DNA from: an uncultured Gemmatimonadales bacterium
GTDB taxonomy: Bacteria > Gemmatimonadota > Gemmatimonadetes > Gemmatimonadales > GWC2-71-9
Reading direction: 5' to 3'
Assembly (NCBI GenBank): GCA_963711915.1
Contig: CAVQGA010000016.1
Span: 2,143 to 66,142, forward strand
Length of the DNA: 64,000 bases
Below the pieces are notes generated by a model that saw only the letters and a list, made by a program, of their open reading frames with translations, was not told the DNA's origin and did not search any database. Positions within the stretch are counted from its first letter, which is position 1. Each line of letters opens with the position of its first letter. A program made the position numbers and the translations under genes. Below are positions 1-8,544 of this stretch, in pieces.

Positions 1-822
1 GTGCTGCGGCAGTACATGGCCAAGGGCGACTCGCCCACGCGCGGCCGCGAGCTCAACATCCACTTCGGCGACGTGGAGGACCGGAACTTCGTGGGGCAGA
101 TCTCGCATCTCGGGGACATGGTGCCGGTCATGGCCGGCGTCACGCTCGCCTTCAAGATGCGGCGCGAGCCCCGCGTGGGCCTGGTGTACGTGGGCGACGG
201 CGCCACGTCGACCGGCGCGTTCCACGAGGGCATCAACTTCGCGGCGGTCCAGCGCTGCCCGCTGGTCGTCATCGTCGAGAACAACCGCTACGCCTACTCC
301 ACGCCCACCTCGAAGCAGTGCGCGGCCGAGCGGCTGGCCGACAAGGCCGCGGGCTACGGCATTCCCGGGGTGCGCGCCGACGGCAACGACGTCGTCGCGG
401 CCTACGAGGTGACCCGCGACGCCGTGGCCCGCGCGCGCCGGGGCGAGGGCGTCACGCTGGTCGAGCTGATGACCTACCGCCGGAAAGGGCACGCGGAGCA
501 CGACAACCAGTCGTACGTGCCCGCGGGCGAGATCGAGCGCTGGGCCCGGGAGAACGATCCGCTCGACCGGTTCGCCCAGCGGCTGACCGGCGGCGAGCGC
601 GTGGCGCCGACCGAGCTCGAGGCGATCGACGCCCGGGTGCGGGCCGAGATCGACGACGCCACCGACGTCGCCGAACAGTCCCCGCCACCCGAGCCGCGCG
701 ACTGCCTGGGCGGGGTCTACGCCGCGCCCCCGGCGGCGGCGACACTCTGGTACCGCGAGGGCATCCGGAGCGCCGTGGATCGCCACGAGCGGCCGGCGAG
801 CTGGGGAACCCACGATGGCTGA
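1..822 (+). CDS. 2-oxo-acid (pyruvate/branched-chain) dehydrogenase E1 component, alpha subunit; 5' end outside window
   Basis: The ORF is open from base 1. It has TPP-dependent E1alpha motifs (VYVGDGATSTGAFHEGINFAA, NNRYAYSTP, TYRRKGHAEHD). Its stop overlaps the E1beta start (ATGGCTGA). Confidence 0.85.
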   Translation: MLRQYMAKGDSPTRGRELNIHFGDVEDRNFVGQISHLGDMVPVMAGVTLAFKMRREPRVGLVYVGDGATSTGAFHEGINFAAVQRCPLVVIVENNRYAYSTPTSKQCAAERLADKAAGYGIPGVRADGNDVVAAYEVTRDAVARARRGEGVTLVELMTYRRKGHAEHDNQSYVPAGEIERWARENDPLDRFAQRLTGGERVAPTELEAIDARVRAEIDDATDVAEQSPPPEPRDCLGGVYAAPPAAATLWYREGIRSAVDRHERPASWGTHDG

Positions 823-1792
823 GGCCACCTACCTCGAGGCCATCCGACAGGGCCTGTTCGAGGAGATGGAGCGCGATCCCAACGTCTTCTGCATGGGCGA
901 GGATATCGGCGCCTACGGCGGAGCGTTCAAGGTGACCGAAGGCCTGCTGGACCGGTTCGGGGCCGAGCGCGTGATCGACACGCCGATCAGCGAGACCGGC
1001 TTCGTCGGCGCGGCGGCGGGCGCGGCACACATGGGGCTGCGCCCGGTGTGCGAGATGCAGTTCATCGACTTCGTCTCGTCCGCGTACAGCATCCTCACCA
1101 ACTACGTCGCCACGGCGCGCTACCGCGCCTTCCTGCCGTGCCCGATGGTGGTCCGCGGTCCGAGCGGCGGATACGTGCGCGGCGGACCGTTTCACTCGCA
1201 GAACCCCGAGGCGGCGTTCCTCCACACGCCGGGGCTCAAGATCGTCTACCCGGCCACGGCGAGCGACGCGAAGGGGCTGATCAAGAGCGCCGTGCGGGAC
1301 GACGACTGCGTACTCTTCTTCGAGCACAAGTATCTCTACCGCCGGATCAAGGAAGAGCTGCCGCAGGGGGACCACGTCGTCCCGATCGGCCTAGCGCGCC
1401 TGGCGCGCGAGGGGAAGGATCTGAGCATCATCACCTACGCCGCGACGGTGTGGAAGGCGCTCGAGGCCGCGGCGCAGCTCGAGCGGGAGGACGGGCTCTC
1501 GGTCGAGGTGCTCGACCTGCGCTCGCTCCTGCCGATGGACGACGCGGCGATCGTCGCGACCGTGAAGAAGACCAACCGCGTGCTGATCGTGCACGAGGAC
1601 ACCGTGACGGGCGGGATCGCGGGCGAGATCACGGCCCGGATCAACGAGCTCGCCTTCGAATGGCTGGACGCGCCGGTCCGGCGTGTCGCCGCGCACGACG
1701 TGCCGCTGCCGTACGCGCCGCAGCTCGAGGACTTCGTCCTGCCGCAGACGCCGGACCTCGTCCGGGCCGCGCGCTGGCTTGCCGCGTACTGA
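815..1792 (+). CDS. 2-oxo-acid dehydrogenase E1 component, beta subunit
   Basis: 325-aa ORF with a typical transketolase-like E1beta N-terminus (MAEATYLEAIRQGLFEEMERDPNVFCMGEDIG, RVIDTPISE). It sits between the E1alpha and E2 genes. Confidence 0.9.
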   Translation: MAEATYLEAIRQGLFEEMERDPNVFCMGEDIGAYGGAFKVTEGLLDRFGAERVIDTPISETGFVGAAAGAAHMGLRPVCEMQFIDFVSSAYSILTNYVATARYRAFLPCPMVVRGPSGGYVRGGPFHSQNPEAAFLHTPGLKIVYPATASDAKGLIKSAVRDDDCVLFFEHKYLYRRIKEELPQGDHVVPIGLARLAREGKDLSIITYAATVWKALEAAAQLEREDGLSVEVLDLRSLLPMDDAAIVATVKKTNRVLIVHEDTVTGGIAGEITARINELAFEWLDAPVRRVAAHDVPLPYAPQLEDFVLPQTPDLVRAARWLAAY

Positions 1793-1805
1793 CCGGAGAT
1801 CGAGA

Positions 1806-3224
1806 ATGGCCAAGATTGATGTGATCATGCCGCAGATGGGTGAGTCGATCGCCGAGGGCACCCTCTCGCGCTGGATGAAGCAGGTGGGCGACGCGGTCAC
1901 GCGGGACGAGCCCATCTTCGAGATTTCCACCGACAAGGTCGACGCCGAGATTCCCGCGCCCGCCGCGGGCGTGCTGACCGAGATCCTGGTGACCGAAGGC
2001 CAGACGGTCGCGGTGCAGACCGTCGTGGCCACCATCGAGACCGAGGCCGGTGCGGTGGCCGCTGCCCCGGCCCCGGCGCCCGCGCCCGCGACACCGGCCG
2101 CGGCGCCCAAGCCGCCGGCACCGGCTGCCGCACCGACGGTCGCCGCCGCCGCGGCCGCCCCGGCCGCCGCTCCACGGCCGTCCCCCGCGCCGAGCCGCCC
2201 CGCGCCCGAGGTGGCCGCGACCAGCCGGACGCTCGACGTCGGCGCCGCCAACGGAGGGGAGAGCGCCGAGGAGCGGCTCCGCCGGAGATCCACGCCGCTG
2301 GTCCGCAAGATGGCGGCGGAGCACAACCTCGACCTGAGCGCCATTCCCGGCAGCGGGCTCGCCGGCCGGGTCACCAAGAACGACATCCTGGGCTACCTCG
2401 AAACCGGCACCGCCCAGACGGCCGCGCCGGCACCCGCCGGTCCCCCCGCCGCCCGGCCCAGCCCCGCGTCCGGAGCGCCGGCACCCGCCCCGGCACCGCA
2501 CGCCCCGGGCGTCGAGCCCTGGCCGGGAGACCGAGTCGAGCCCTGGTCCCGCATCCGGAAGCTCACGGCCGAGCACATGGTGATGTCGCGCCGCGTGTCG
2601 CCGCATGTGAACACGATCTTCGAGATCGACTACACGCGCGTGGCCCAGATTCGCGCCCGGAAGAAGAAGGAGTACGCCGACCGCGGCGTGAACCTCACGT
2701 ATCTGGCGTTCATCGCCAAGGCGGCGGCGGACGCGCTCCGGACGCACCCATCGCTCAACTCGGCCGTGAGCGGCGAGAGCACGGTGTTCCGCCGGGACAT
2801 CAACCTGGGCATCGCCGTGGCGCTCGACTGGGGGCTCATCGTCCCGGTCATCAAGCACGCGGACGAGCTCTCGCTCCTCGGCCTGGCGCGCGCGATCGGC
2901 GAGCTCGGCGAGCGGGCGCGCAGCAAGAAGCTGAGCCCGGACGACGTCCAGCGAGGGACGTTCACGATCACCAACCCTGGCGTGTTCGGCTCGGTCATCG
3001 GGACGCCGATCATCAACCAGCCCCAGGCCGCGATCCTGTGCGTGGGGACGATCGAGAAGCAGCCGGCCGTCATCACCGTGGACGGCACCGATACGCTCGC
3101 CGTGCGTACCAAGGGCATGTTGTCGCTCGCGTTCGATCACCGGATCGTGGACGGCGCCGACGCGGACCGGTTCATGGCCGATGTGAAGCAGGCGTTGCAG
3201 GACTTCTCGGAAAGCGCGGCCTGA
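1806..3224 (+). CDS. dihydrolipoamide acyltransferase (E2) with one lipoyl domain, Ala/Pro linkers, an E3-binding domain and a catalytic domain
   Basis: Start MAKIDVIMPQMGESIAEGT (ATG 1806). Lipoyl-lysine context (EISTDKVDAEIPAP), PSBD (STPLVRKMAAEHNLDLSAIPGSGLAGRVTKNDI) and catalytic DHRIVDGA motif are all present. Confidence 0.9.
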   Translation: MAKIDVIMPQMGESIAEGTLSRWMKQVGDAVTRDEPIFEISTDKVDAEIPAPAAGVLTEILVTEGQTVAVQTVVATIETEAGAVAAAPAPAPAPATPAAAPKPPAPAAAPTVAAAAAAPAAAPRPSPAPSRPAPEVAATSRTLDVGAANGGESAEERLRRRSTPLVRKMAAEHNLDLSAIPGSGLAGRVTKNDILGYLETGTAQTAAPAPAGPPAARPSPASGAPAPAPAPHAPGVEPWPGDRVEPWSRIRKLTAEHMVMSRRVSPHVNTIFEIDYTRVAQIRARKKKEYADRGVNLTYLAFIAKAAADALRTHPSLNSAVSGESTVFRRDINLGIAVALDWGLIVPVIKHADELSLLGLARAIGELGERARSKKLSPDDVQRGTFTITNPGVFGSVIGTPIINQPQAAILCVGTIEKQPAVITVDGTDTLAVRTKGMLSLAFDHRIVDGADADRFMADVKQALQDFSESAA

Positions 3225-3225
3225 G

Positions 3226-3528
3226 GTGCCCCGCACGCTCACCGTGTCGCGGGTGAGGGTGCGGGCAGGGCGGGAGGGCGAGTACCTCGCGGCGGTACGC
3301 GAGCTGGCGGCACTGCATGCCGAGCGGGGCCGTCGGCTCTGGGTCTTCCGCCGCGCGGGGCAGGAGGGGCTGTTTCTGGAGTGCAGCGAGAGCGCCGACG
3401 AATCGGCGCACCGCGCCGTGGTGCCGCCACCCGAGGACGAGGGTCGGCTCGAGGCGCAACTTCGCGCGGTCGCCGAGTACGAGGACAGCGCTTGGGATCT
3501 GTGGCACGAAGTGAGGAGTACAGCGTAA
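3226..3528 (+). CDS. hypothetical small protein (100 aa)
   Basis: GTG start 2 nt after the E2 stop. It is directly followed by the next gene's RBS and ATG. No recognisable family. Confidence 0.45.
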   Translation: MPRTLTVSRVRVRAGREGEYLAAVRELAALHAERGRRLWVFRRAGQEGLFLECSESADESAHRAVVPPPEDEGRLEAQLRAVAEYEDSAWDLWHEVRSTA

Positions 3529-3795
3529 ATGCCGAGACGCATCATCGAGGTGAGCGGGCAGCCGTGGGAAGTCGACGTCAGCGGTCGGGTCACTCAGTAC
3601 GTCAAGGACGAGTTCGGTCTCGTCTTCAGCCGAGGCAGCGGCCGCGACCGCGAGCGCCGCGTCACGCGCTACACGCCGCTCGGCGCCAAAAGCCGTGAGC
3701 TGTCGCTGAGCGAGCTCAGCGATCAGGAGCTCCGGGACCTTCTCGCCCACTCGCAGCCCGCCTGGACGGCGCCCGAAACGGGGTACCGCTCCTGA
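3529..3795 (+). CDS. hypothetical small protein (88 aa)
   Basis: ATG preceded by GAGGAG 9 nt upstream. No recognisable family. Confidence 0.5.
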   Translation: MPRRIIEVSGQPWEVDVSGRVTQYVKDEFGLVFSRGSGRDRERRVTRYTPLGAKSRELSLSELSDQELRDLLAHSQPAWTAPETGYRS

Positions 3796-3827
3796 GCTCC
3801 GCCGGCGCCCTCCCCGCGGCCGGCCTG

Positions 3828-4667
3828 GTGGACCTCCACGTTCACTCCACGGCGTCCGACGGCGGCCTGTCGCCGGAGGCGGTGGTGGGACGCGCCCGGT
3901 CCGCGGGACTCGCCGCGATGGCGCTCACCGATCACGACACCGTCGCGGGGGTCCCGGCGGCCGTCGAGGCGGGCGAGCGCCTGGGTCTGCGGGTCGTCGG
4001 CGGCTGCGAGTTCAGCTCCGCGGCGCCCTGGGGTGAGATGCACGTCCTCGGCTACTTTCTCCCTTCCCATTCGCCCGAGCTGGAGTCGTTCCTCGAGCGC
4101 TGCCGGGCCGACCGCGTTCGCCGGGCCAAGGAGATGGTCACCAGGCTGCAGGGGCTGGGCGTCGGTCTCGAGTTCGACGCGGTCCTGATGCAGGCGAACG
4201 GCGGGGCCGTCGGGCGGCCCCACGTCGCGCGCGCCATCGTCCGGCACGGGGGGGCTATCGACGTGTCGGACGCGTTCGACCGGTTCATCGGCCGGGGGCG
4301 CCCGGCGTTCGTGGACAAGAATCTGCCGACGTTCCGCGAGATCGCGGACCTGGTGCACTCGGTGCGCGGCCTGGTCTCGGTGGCGCACATCAAGGAGCGC
4401 GGGACCCGGACGTTCCTCGAACGCCTCAAGCGCGAGGGTCTCGACGCGGTGGAGACCCGGCATCCCAGCCACGACCCCGAGCTCCGCGCCCGGCTGGCCG
4501 ACATCGCCACACGACTCGGGCTGCTCCGCACCGGCGGCAGCGACTGGCACGGGGACCCCGAGCCGGGCGAGACGCACGGTGCCCTTGGCTCGCAGGAGGT
4601 GCCGCTCGAGTGGCTCGAGCGGCTCGAGGCGCAGCGCGCCGAACCGCCCGCGCCGGTGGGGCCGTGA
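3828..4667 (+). CDS. PHP-domain metal-dependent phosphoesterase (TrpH/YciV-like)
   Basis: N-terminal DLHVHSTASDGG and ALTDHDT motifs, plus C-terminal GGSDWHG. Confidence 0.85.
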   Translation: MDLHVHSTASDGGLSPEAVVGRARSAGLAAMALTDHDTVAGVPAAVEAGERLGLRVVGGCEFSSAAPWGEMHVLGYFLPSHSPELESFLERCRADRVRRAKEMVTRLQGLGVGLEFDAVLMQANGGAVGRPHVARAIVRHGGAIDVSDAFDRFIGRGRPAFVDKNLPTFREIADLVHSVRGLVSVAHIKERGTRTFLERLKREGLDAVETRHPSHDPELRARLADIATRLGLLRTGGSDWHGDPEPGETHGALGSQEVPLEWLERLEAQRAEPPAPVGP

Positions 4668-5104
4668 CGGGACTCATCCGCGCCGGCAGCGCCGCCCCCA
4701 AGTTCATCGCGGCGGCGTCCGACGGGTCGGTGTACCGGCTCGACGACCTGCTGGCGGACGCGCGCGTGCTGCTCGCGTTCTATCCCGGGAACGATACCCC
4801 AGGCTGAAACCGCCAGCTGTCCGCCGTGCGCGATGACCTGCCGCTGTTCTCGAGTCACCAGATCCGGCCCTTCGGCGTCAATCCGGCGTCGGCGGAGAGC
4901 CACGCGGGCTACGCGGCGCGGCTCCGGCTCACGTTTCCGCTGCTCTCGGACCCGGATCTCGGCATCGCGCGGGCGTACGGCGCGATCCGGCCGGACGGCC
5001 TCACGATCTCGCGCTCCGTCGTGCTGATCGAGCGGGACGGGCGCGTGATCTACAGCCAAGCCGGCTCGCCCGGCGCCGCGATCGTTCTCGAAGCCTTGAG
5101 GTGA
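4664..5104 (+). CDS. bcp: Bcp/PrxQ-type peroxiredoxin (AhpC/TSA fold) with an in-frame TGA (4805-4807) at the peroxidatic-Cys position. It is either a candidate selenoprotein or a nonsense allele.
   Basis: ORFs 4610..4807 and 4826..5104 share one frame and are separated only by the TGA. Joined, they read ..LLAFYPGNDTPG[TGA]NRQLSAVRDD..FPLLSDPD... The GTG start at 4664 overlaps the PHP stop (GTGA). Confidence 0.7.
4814..4846 (+). other. imperfect hairpin just 3' of the in-frame TGA (possible bacterial SECIS)
   Basis: Hand-folded pairings are 4814-4817/4843-4846, 4819-4821/4835-4837 and 4822-4824/4830-4832, with apical loop CGUGC at 4825-4829. No energy calculation was done. Confidence 0.3.
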
Positions 5105-5838
5105 GCATGAGCGCGACGACGTTGGATTTCGGCGGCAAGGTGGCGCTGGTGACCGGCGTCGGGCGCGCGGGGCAGATCGGCAACGCGGTCGCGCTTGCCT
5201 TCGGCCGGGCCGGTGCGAAGATCGTGGCGTGCGACCTCAACGCGGTCGGCGTCGCCGAGCGCGTGCGGGAGTTCGCCGCCCTCGGCGTGGACGCCCGTCC
5301 GTGCGCCGGCGACCTGACCCACCCCGACATCGCCGGCTTGGCCGTCGAGGTAGCGATTCGCCACTTCGGCCGGCTGGACGTGGTCGTGAACGTGGCGGGC
5401 GGGCTCACGACCTACGGACCGATCGAGCAGATCACGGCCGCCGATTTCGACCGCGAGGTGTCGATCAACCTCAAGACGACCGTGCTCGTCTCCCAGGCCG
5501 CGATCCCGGCGCTCACGCAGACCGAGGGGTGCATCGTGAACTTCGCGTCGATCGCCTACTTCGAGCCGCAGCGTCCGATGGCCGTGTACTCGGCGGCCAA
5601 GGCGGCGGTGGCGGGCTTCACGCGGAGCCTCGCGCTCGAGCTGGCCGAGCGGAAGGTCCGGGTGAACGCCGTGGCGCCGGGCATGGCCCGCACCGCCGAC
5701 AACGTCGCGGCCGCGGGCGAAGGCGCCGCGTACGTGGAGATGGATGACCTGACCCGGGGCGTCCTCACGCTCGCCGTGAGTGGCCCCGACGCGAAGACCG
5801 GCGAGATCCTGCCGATCCGGCCGCGCGGATCGGGCTGA
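5101..5838 (+). CDS. short-chain dehydrogenase/reductase (SDR)
   Basis: Contains the TGVGRAGQIG cofactor loop, the YSAAK catalytic motif and VNAVAPG. The GTG start overlaps the upstream stop (GTGA). Confidence 0.85.
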   Translation: MSMSATTLDFGGKVALVTGVGRAGQIGNAVALAFGRAGAKIVACDLNAVGVAERVREFAALGVDARPCAGDLTHPDIAGLAVEVAIRHFGRLDVVVNVAGGLTTYGPIEQITAADFDREVSINLKTTVLVSQAAIPALTQTEGCIVNFASIAYFEPQRPMAVYSAAKAAVAGFTRSLALELAERKVRVNAVAPGMARTADNVAAAGEGAAYVEMDDLTRGVLTLAVSGPDAKTGEILPIRPRGSG

Positions 5839-6569
5839 TGGAGCTCCGGGATCGCGTCGCGCTCGTCACCGGCGCCGGGCGCCGGCTCGGCCGCGCCATG
5901 GCCCGCGCGCTGGCCGGCCGGGGCATGGCCGTGGCCATCCACCACCACGCCTCCGCCGCGGGGGCGGAGGAGCTCCGCGACGAGATCGTCGCCACGGGCG
6001 GCCGGGCCGCATGCTTCGCGGCCGACCTGACCGACGCGGGTGCCGCCACGGAGCTGCCGGGCCGGGTGGCCGCCGAGCTCGGCCGGCTGGATGTGCTCGT
6101 CAACTCCGCGGCGGTCATGCACCAGCTGACGTTCGAGGAGACGACGCCGGCCCAATACGACGCGGTGCTCGACCTCAATCTCCGGTCGGTGTTCTTCTGC
6201 AGCCAGGGCGCCGCGCCCGCGCTCCGGGCCGCCCGTGGCAAGGTCGTGAACATGGCCGACCTGAGCGGGATCCAGCCGTGGCCCGGCTTCGCCGTCCACT
6301 CCATCAGCAAGGCCGGGGTCGTGATGCTCACCCGCGTGCTGGCGCTGGCGCTGGCACCGGATGTGACTGTCAACGCGATCGCACCGGGGGCGGTGCTGGT
6401 GCCCGAGGACTACGACGCCGAGGAGCGCGATCGCCTCGTCCGCGCGACCCCGCTTCGCCGGCTCGGCGCTCCCGAGGATGCCGTGGCGGCGCTGCTGTAC
6501 CTGCTCGAGGGTGGCGACTTCGCGACGGGCGAGGTGCTGACGGTCGATGGCGGACGACACCTCCGCTAG
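5838..6569 (+). CDS. SDR-family oxidoreductase (FolM/pteridine-reductase-like) with His at the catalytic Tyr position
   Basis: Contains TGAGRRLG, NSAA and VNAIAPG. The YxxxK column reads HSISK (CAC 6297-6299). Confidence 0.8.
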   Translation: MELRDRVALVTGAGRRLGRAMARALAGRGMAVAIHHHASAAGAEELRDEIVATGGRAACFAADLTDAGAATELPGRVAAELGRLDVLVNSAAVMHQLTFEETTPAQYDAVLDLNLRSVFFCSQGAAPALRAARGKVVNMADLSGIQPWPGFAVHSISKAGVVMLTRVLALALAPDVTVNAIAPGAVLVPEDYDAEERDRLVRATPLRRLGAPEDAVAALLYLLEGGDFATGEVLTVDGGRHLR

Positions 6570-7344
6570 CGTCGCGCTCGGCGAGGTGGTGGTGGTCGGT
6601 GGGGGGTGCTACGGCTCCTTCTACGCCGGACAGCTGCTCCGCGCCCGGGAACGCGGCGCCGCCCAGTGGCGCCGGCTGCTGGTGGTGGACCGGGACCCGG
6701 CGTGCCGCGTGGCCCGCGAGCTTCCGGCCGACGCGGGCGTCGAGCTGGTCGTGGACGAGTGGGGCGCGTTCTTCGACCGCTACTTCGCCTCCGCCGCGGC
6801 CGGCGAGGGTCGGCTCGGAGCCCCGCCCGACACGATCGTTCCCTCCCCGCTGATGCCCCATCTGATGTATGAGTGGCTGGTCCGCCGGGCGCGACGGCGC
6901 TGGCCCGGACGGACCATCGAGCCGAGACCCGTCCCCGCGGGACCGGGCACGCCGTACGACGTGCAGGCACCGGACGGGACGCGTTACGTCTCGTTCGCCG
7001 ATTGGCTCTGTCCCACCCACTGCATCGAGCCGGCCACCTGCCCGGTGATCCGCGCGCCTCGCACCTGGGAGATGGGAGAGGCGATGGAGCGCCTCACGGC
7101 CGGGCTCGCGGCCGCGCATCCGACCGCGGGGCCCGTGCTTTTCACCTGCCGCCACCGTGTCTTCGGCGTCGGCATGTTCGACGTCGCCACGGTGCTCGAG
7201 GGCGATGCCGTCGTCGCCCGGGCCGGCGCGGCTCCGGCGCCGGTAGACGTCCTGGTCGCCACCGTCTCCGCCTGTCACGGTGCGGCCAGCCTGCTCCACC
7301 TCGGCGCCCTCGCGGGGCGGGTGAGCATCGCGGATGGTGCTTAA
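6547..7344 (+). CDS. hypothetical protein with an N-terminal dinucleotide-binding GGGxxG motif
   Basis: 265-aa ORF with VVVVGGGCYGSFYAG at the N-terminus and a Cys-rich motif (CPTHCIEPATCP). It overlaps the upstream SDR by 23 nt. Confidence 0.55.
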   Translation: MADDTSASVALGEVVVVGGGCYGSFYAGQLLRARERGAAQWRRLLVVDRDPACRVARELPADAGVELVVDEWGAFFDRYFASAAAGEGRLGAPPDTIVPSPLMPHLMYEWLVRRARRRWPGRTIEPRPVPAGPGTPYDVQAPDGTRYVSFADWLCPTHCIEPATCPVIRAPRTWEMGEAMERLTAGLAAAHPTAGPVLFTCRHRVFGVGMFDVATVLEGDAVVARAGAAPAPVDVLVATVSACHGAASLLHLGALAGRVSIADGA

Positions 7345-7353
7345 CGGCAGGTT

Positions 7354-7434
7354 GTCATCCCGAGCGGAGCGAGGGATCTTGTTGGGCCGAGTTCGACCCT
7401 GGGCGAGGAGATCCCTCGCTCCGCTCGGGATGAC
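7354..7434. repeat. REP-like palindromic element, copy 1 (25-bp perfect arms, 31-nt spacer)
   Basis: Left arm gtcatcccgagcggagcgagggatc (7354-7378). Right arm (7410-7434) is its exact reverse complement. It starts 10 nt after the stop of the upstream gene. Confidence 0.9.
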
Positions 7435-7578
7435 AGGTGGCAGGATGATAGCTGATAGCCGCCACCCGAACACGCGACTCCTCATCAGCGCCGGGAACCC
7501 CGGAGCCCTGCTCACCGGTTCAGGTGCGGGATGCCATGGCGGGCCTATATTTCACCGAACTTCACTCCGGGGAATGGG

Positions 7579-8544
7579 ATGAGTCGCAGCGAGGAGTTCG
7601 AGCTGATCATCGTCGGCGGCGGACCGGCGGGTCTTTGCGCGGCCATGTACGCCGGCCGCGGGATGCTCAGGACCGTGCTGCTGGAGCGTGGTGTGCCCGG
7701 CGGCGAGCTGCTGAACACCGAGTGGATCGACGACTACCCCGGTTTCGAGCACGTCCTCGGCCGCGATCTGGCCCAGAGGATGGCGTCGCACGCCGTCAAG
7801 TTCGGCGCCGACATCCGGCAGGAGAACGTGGAGTCGATCGCCCGGCGCGACGACGGCATGTTCGAGATCGCCACCACCAGCGGCACGACCTACACGGCGC
7901 CGGCCGTTATCCTCACCGCCGGCGGTACCCCCACCAAGCTCGGCGTGCCCGGCGAGCTGGAGTACGCGGGCCGCGGCGTCTCCTACTGCGCGGTGTGCGA
8001 CGGGGCGTTCTTCAAGGGCGAGACGATCGCGGTGGTCGGCGGCGGCGACGCGGCGGTGGAAGAGGCCGACTACCTGACGCGGTACGCGGAGAAGGTGTAC
8101 GTCATCCACCGCCGGGACGAGTTCCGGGCGTCGAAGATCCTCCAGGAACGTATATTCGCCAACCCCAAGATCGAGATCATCTGGAACAAGCGGGTGCTCG
8201 AGCTCAAGGGCGGCCCGGCCGGGCTGGAGACCGTCGTGCTCGAGGACACCGTGACCGGGGGACTGCTCGACCTGAAGGTGACCGGGTGCTTCGTCTTCAT
8301 CGGCTTCCGGCCGAATACCGGGCTGGTGCAGCAGCATTTCGCACACGACGCGAGCGGGTACATGATCACCGACGACCGGATGATGAGCTCGATCCCGGGA
8401 CTCTTCGCCGCGGGCGACCTCCGGGTCCAGCTCACGCGACAGGTCACCACCGCCGTGGGCGATGCGACGACCGCCGTCATCGCGGTGGAGAAGTTCCTGA
8501 AGGACCGCCGTTCGGGAATACTGGGGGAAAAGGTCGGTGTCTGA
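7579..8544 (+). CDS. trxB: thioredoxin-disulfide reductase
   Basis: Contains IIVGGGPAG, the redox-active CAVCDG and VVGGGDAAVEEA. ATG 7579 (MSRSEEFELII) was chosen over the upstream in-frame ATG 7531. Confidence 0.9.
   Translation: MSRSEEFELIIVGGGPAGLCAAMYAGRGMLRTVLLERGVPGGELLNTEWIDDYPGFEHVLGRDLAQRMASHAVKFGADIRQENVESIARRDDGMFEIATTSGTTYTAPAVILTAGGTPTKLGVPGELEYAGRGVSYCAVCDGAFFKGETIAVVGGGDAAVEEADYLTRYAEKVYVIHRRDEFRASKILQERIFANPKIEIIWNKRVLELKGGPAGLETVVLEDTVTGGLLDLKVTGCFVFIGFRPNTGLVQQHFAHDASGYMITDDRMMSSIPGLFAAGDLRVQLTRQVTTAVGDATTAVIAVEKFLKDRRSGILGEKVGV

Noticed and set aside
2040-2230. Repetitive GC-rich tract (gccccggc/gccgccgc units) that might look like a tandem repeat or array.
   Set aside because: It encodes the Ala/Pro-rich flexible linker between the lipoyl and E3-binding domains of E2. 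A second linker lies at about 2400-2510. This is normal for this protein family.
1641-3593. Very long antisense or alternate-frame ORFs. Examples are 1641..3593(-), 17145..18794(-), 19123..20715(-), 32560..35073(-), 39026..40405(-) and 26944..28905(+) upstream of rpoA.
   Set aside because: Each overlaps a gene with unmistakable family motifs on the other strand or frame. Their translations are Arg/Pro/Gly/Ala-rich low-complexity strings, as expected from stop-codon depletion in roughly 70% GC DNA.
7334-7582. ORFs encoding CHPERSEGS / [10 protein letters not shown] / SSRAERGIL-type peptides (7334..7582, 6873..7433 tail, 8800..9336(-), 9177..9458, 9181..9570, 20534..20746(-), 20630..20896, 35771..36019(-)).
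   Set aside because: They are translations of the REP-like palindromes in different frames and orientations. They are not genes.
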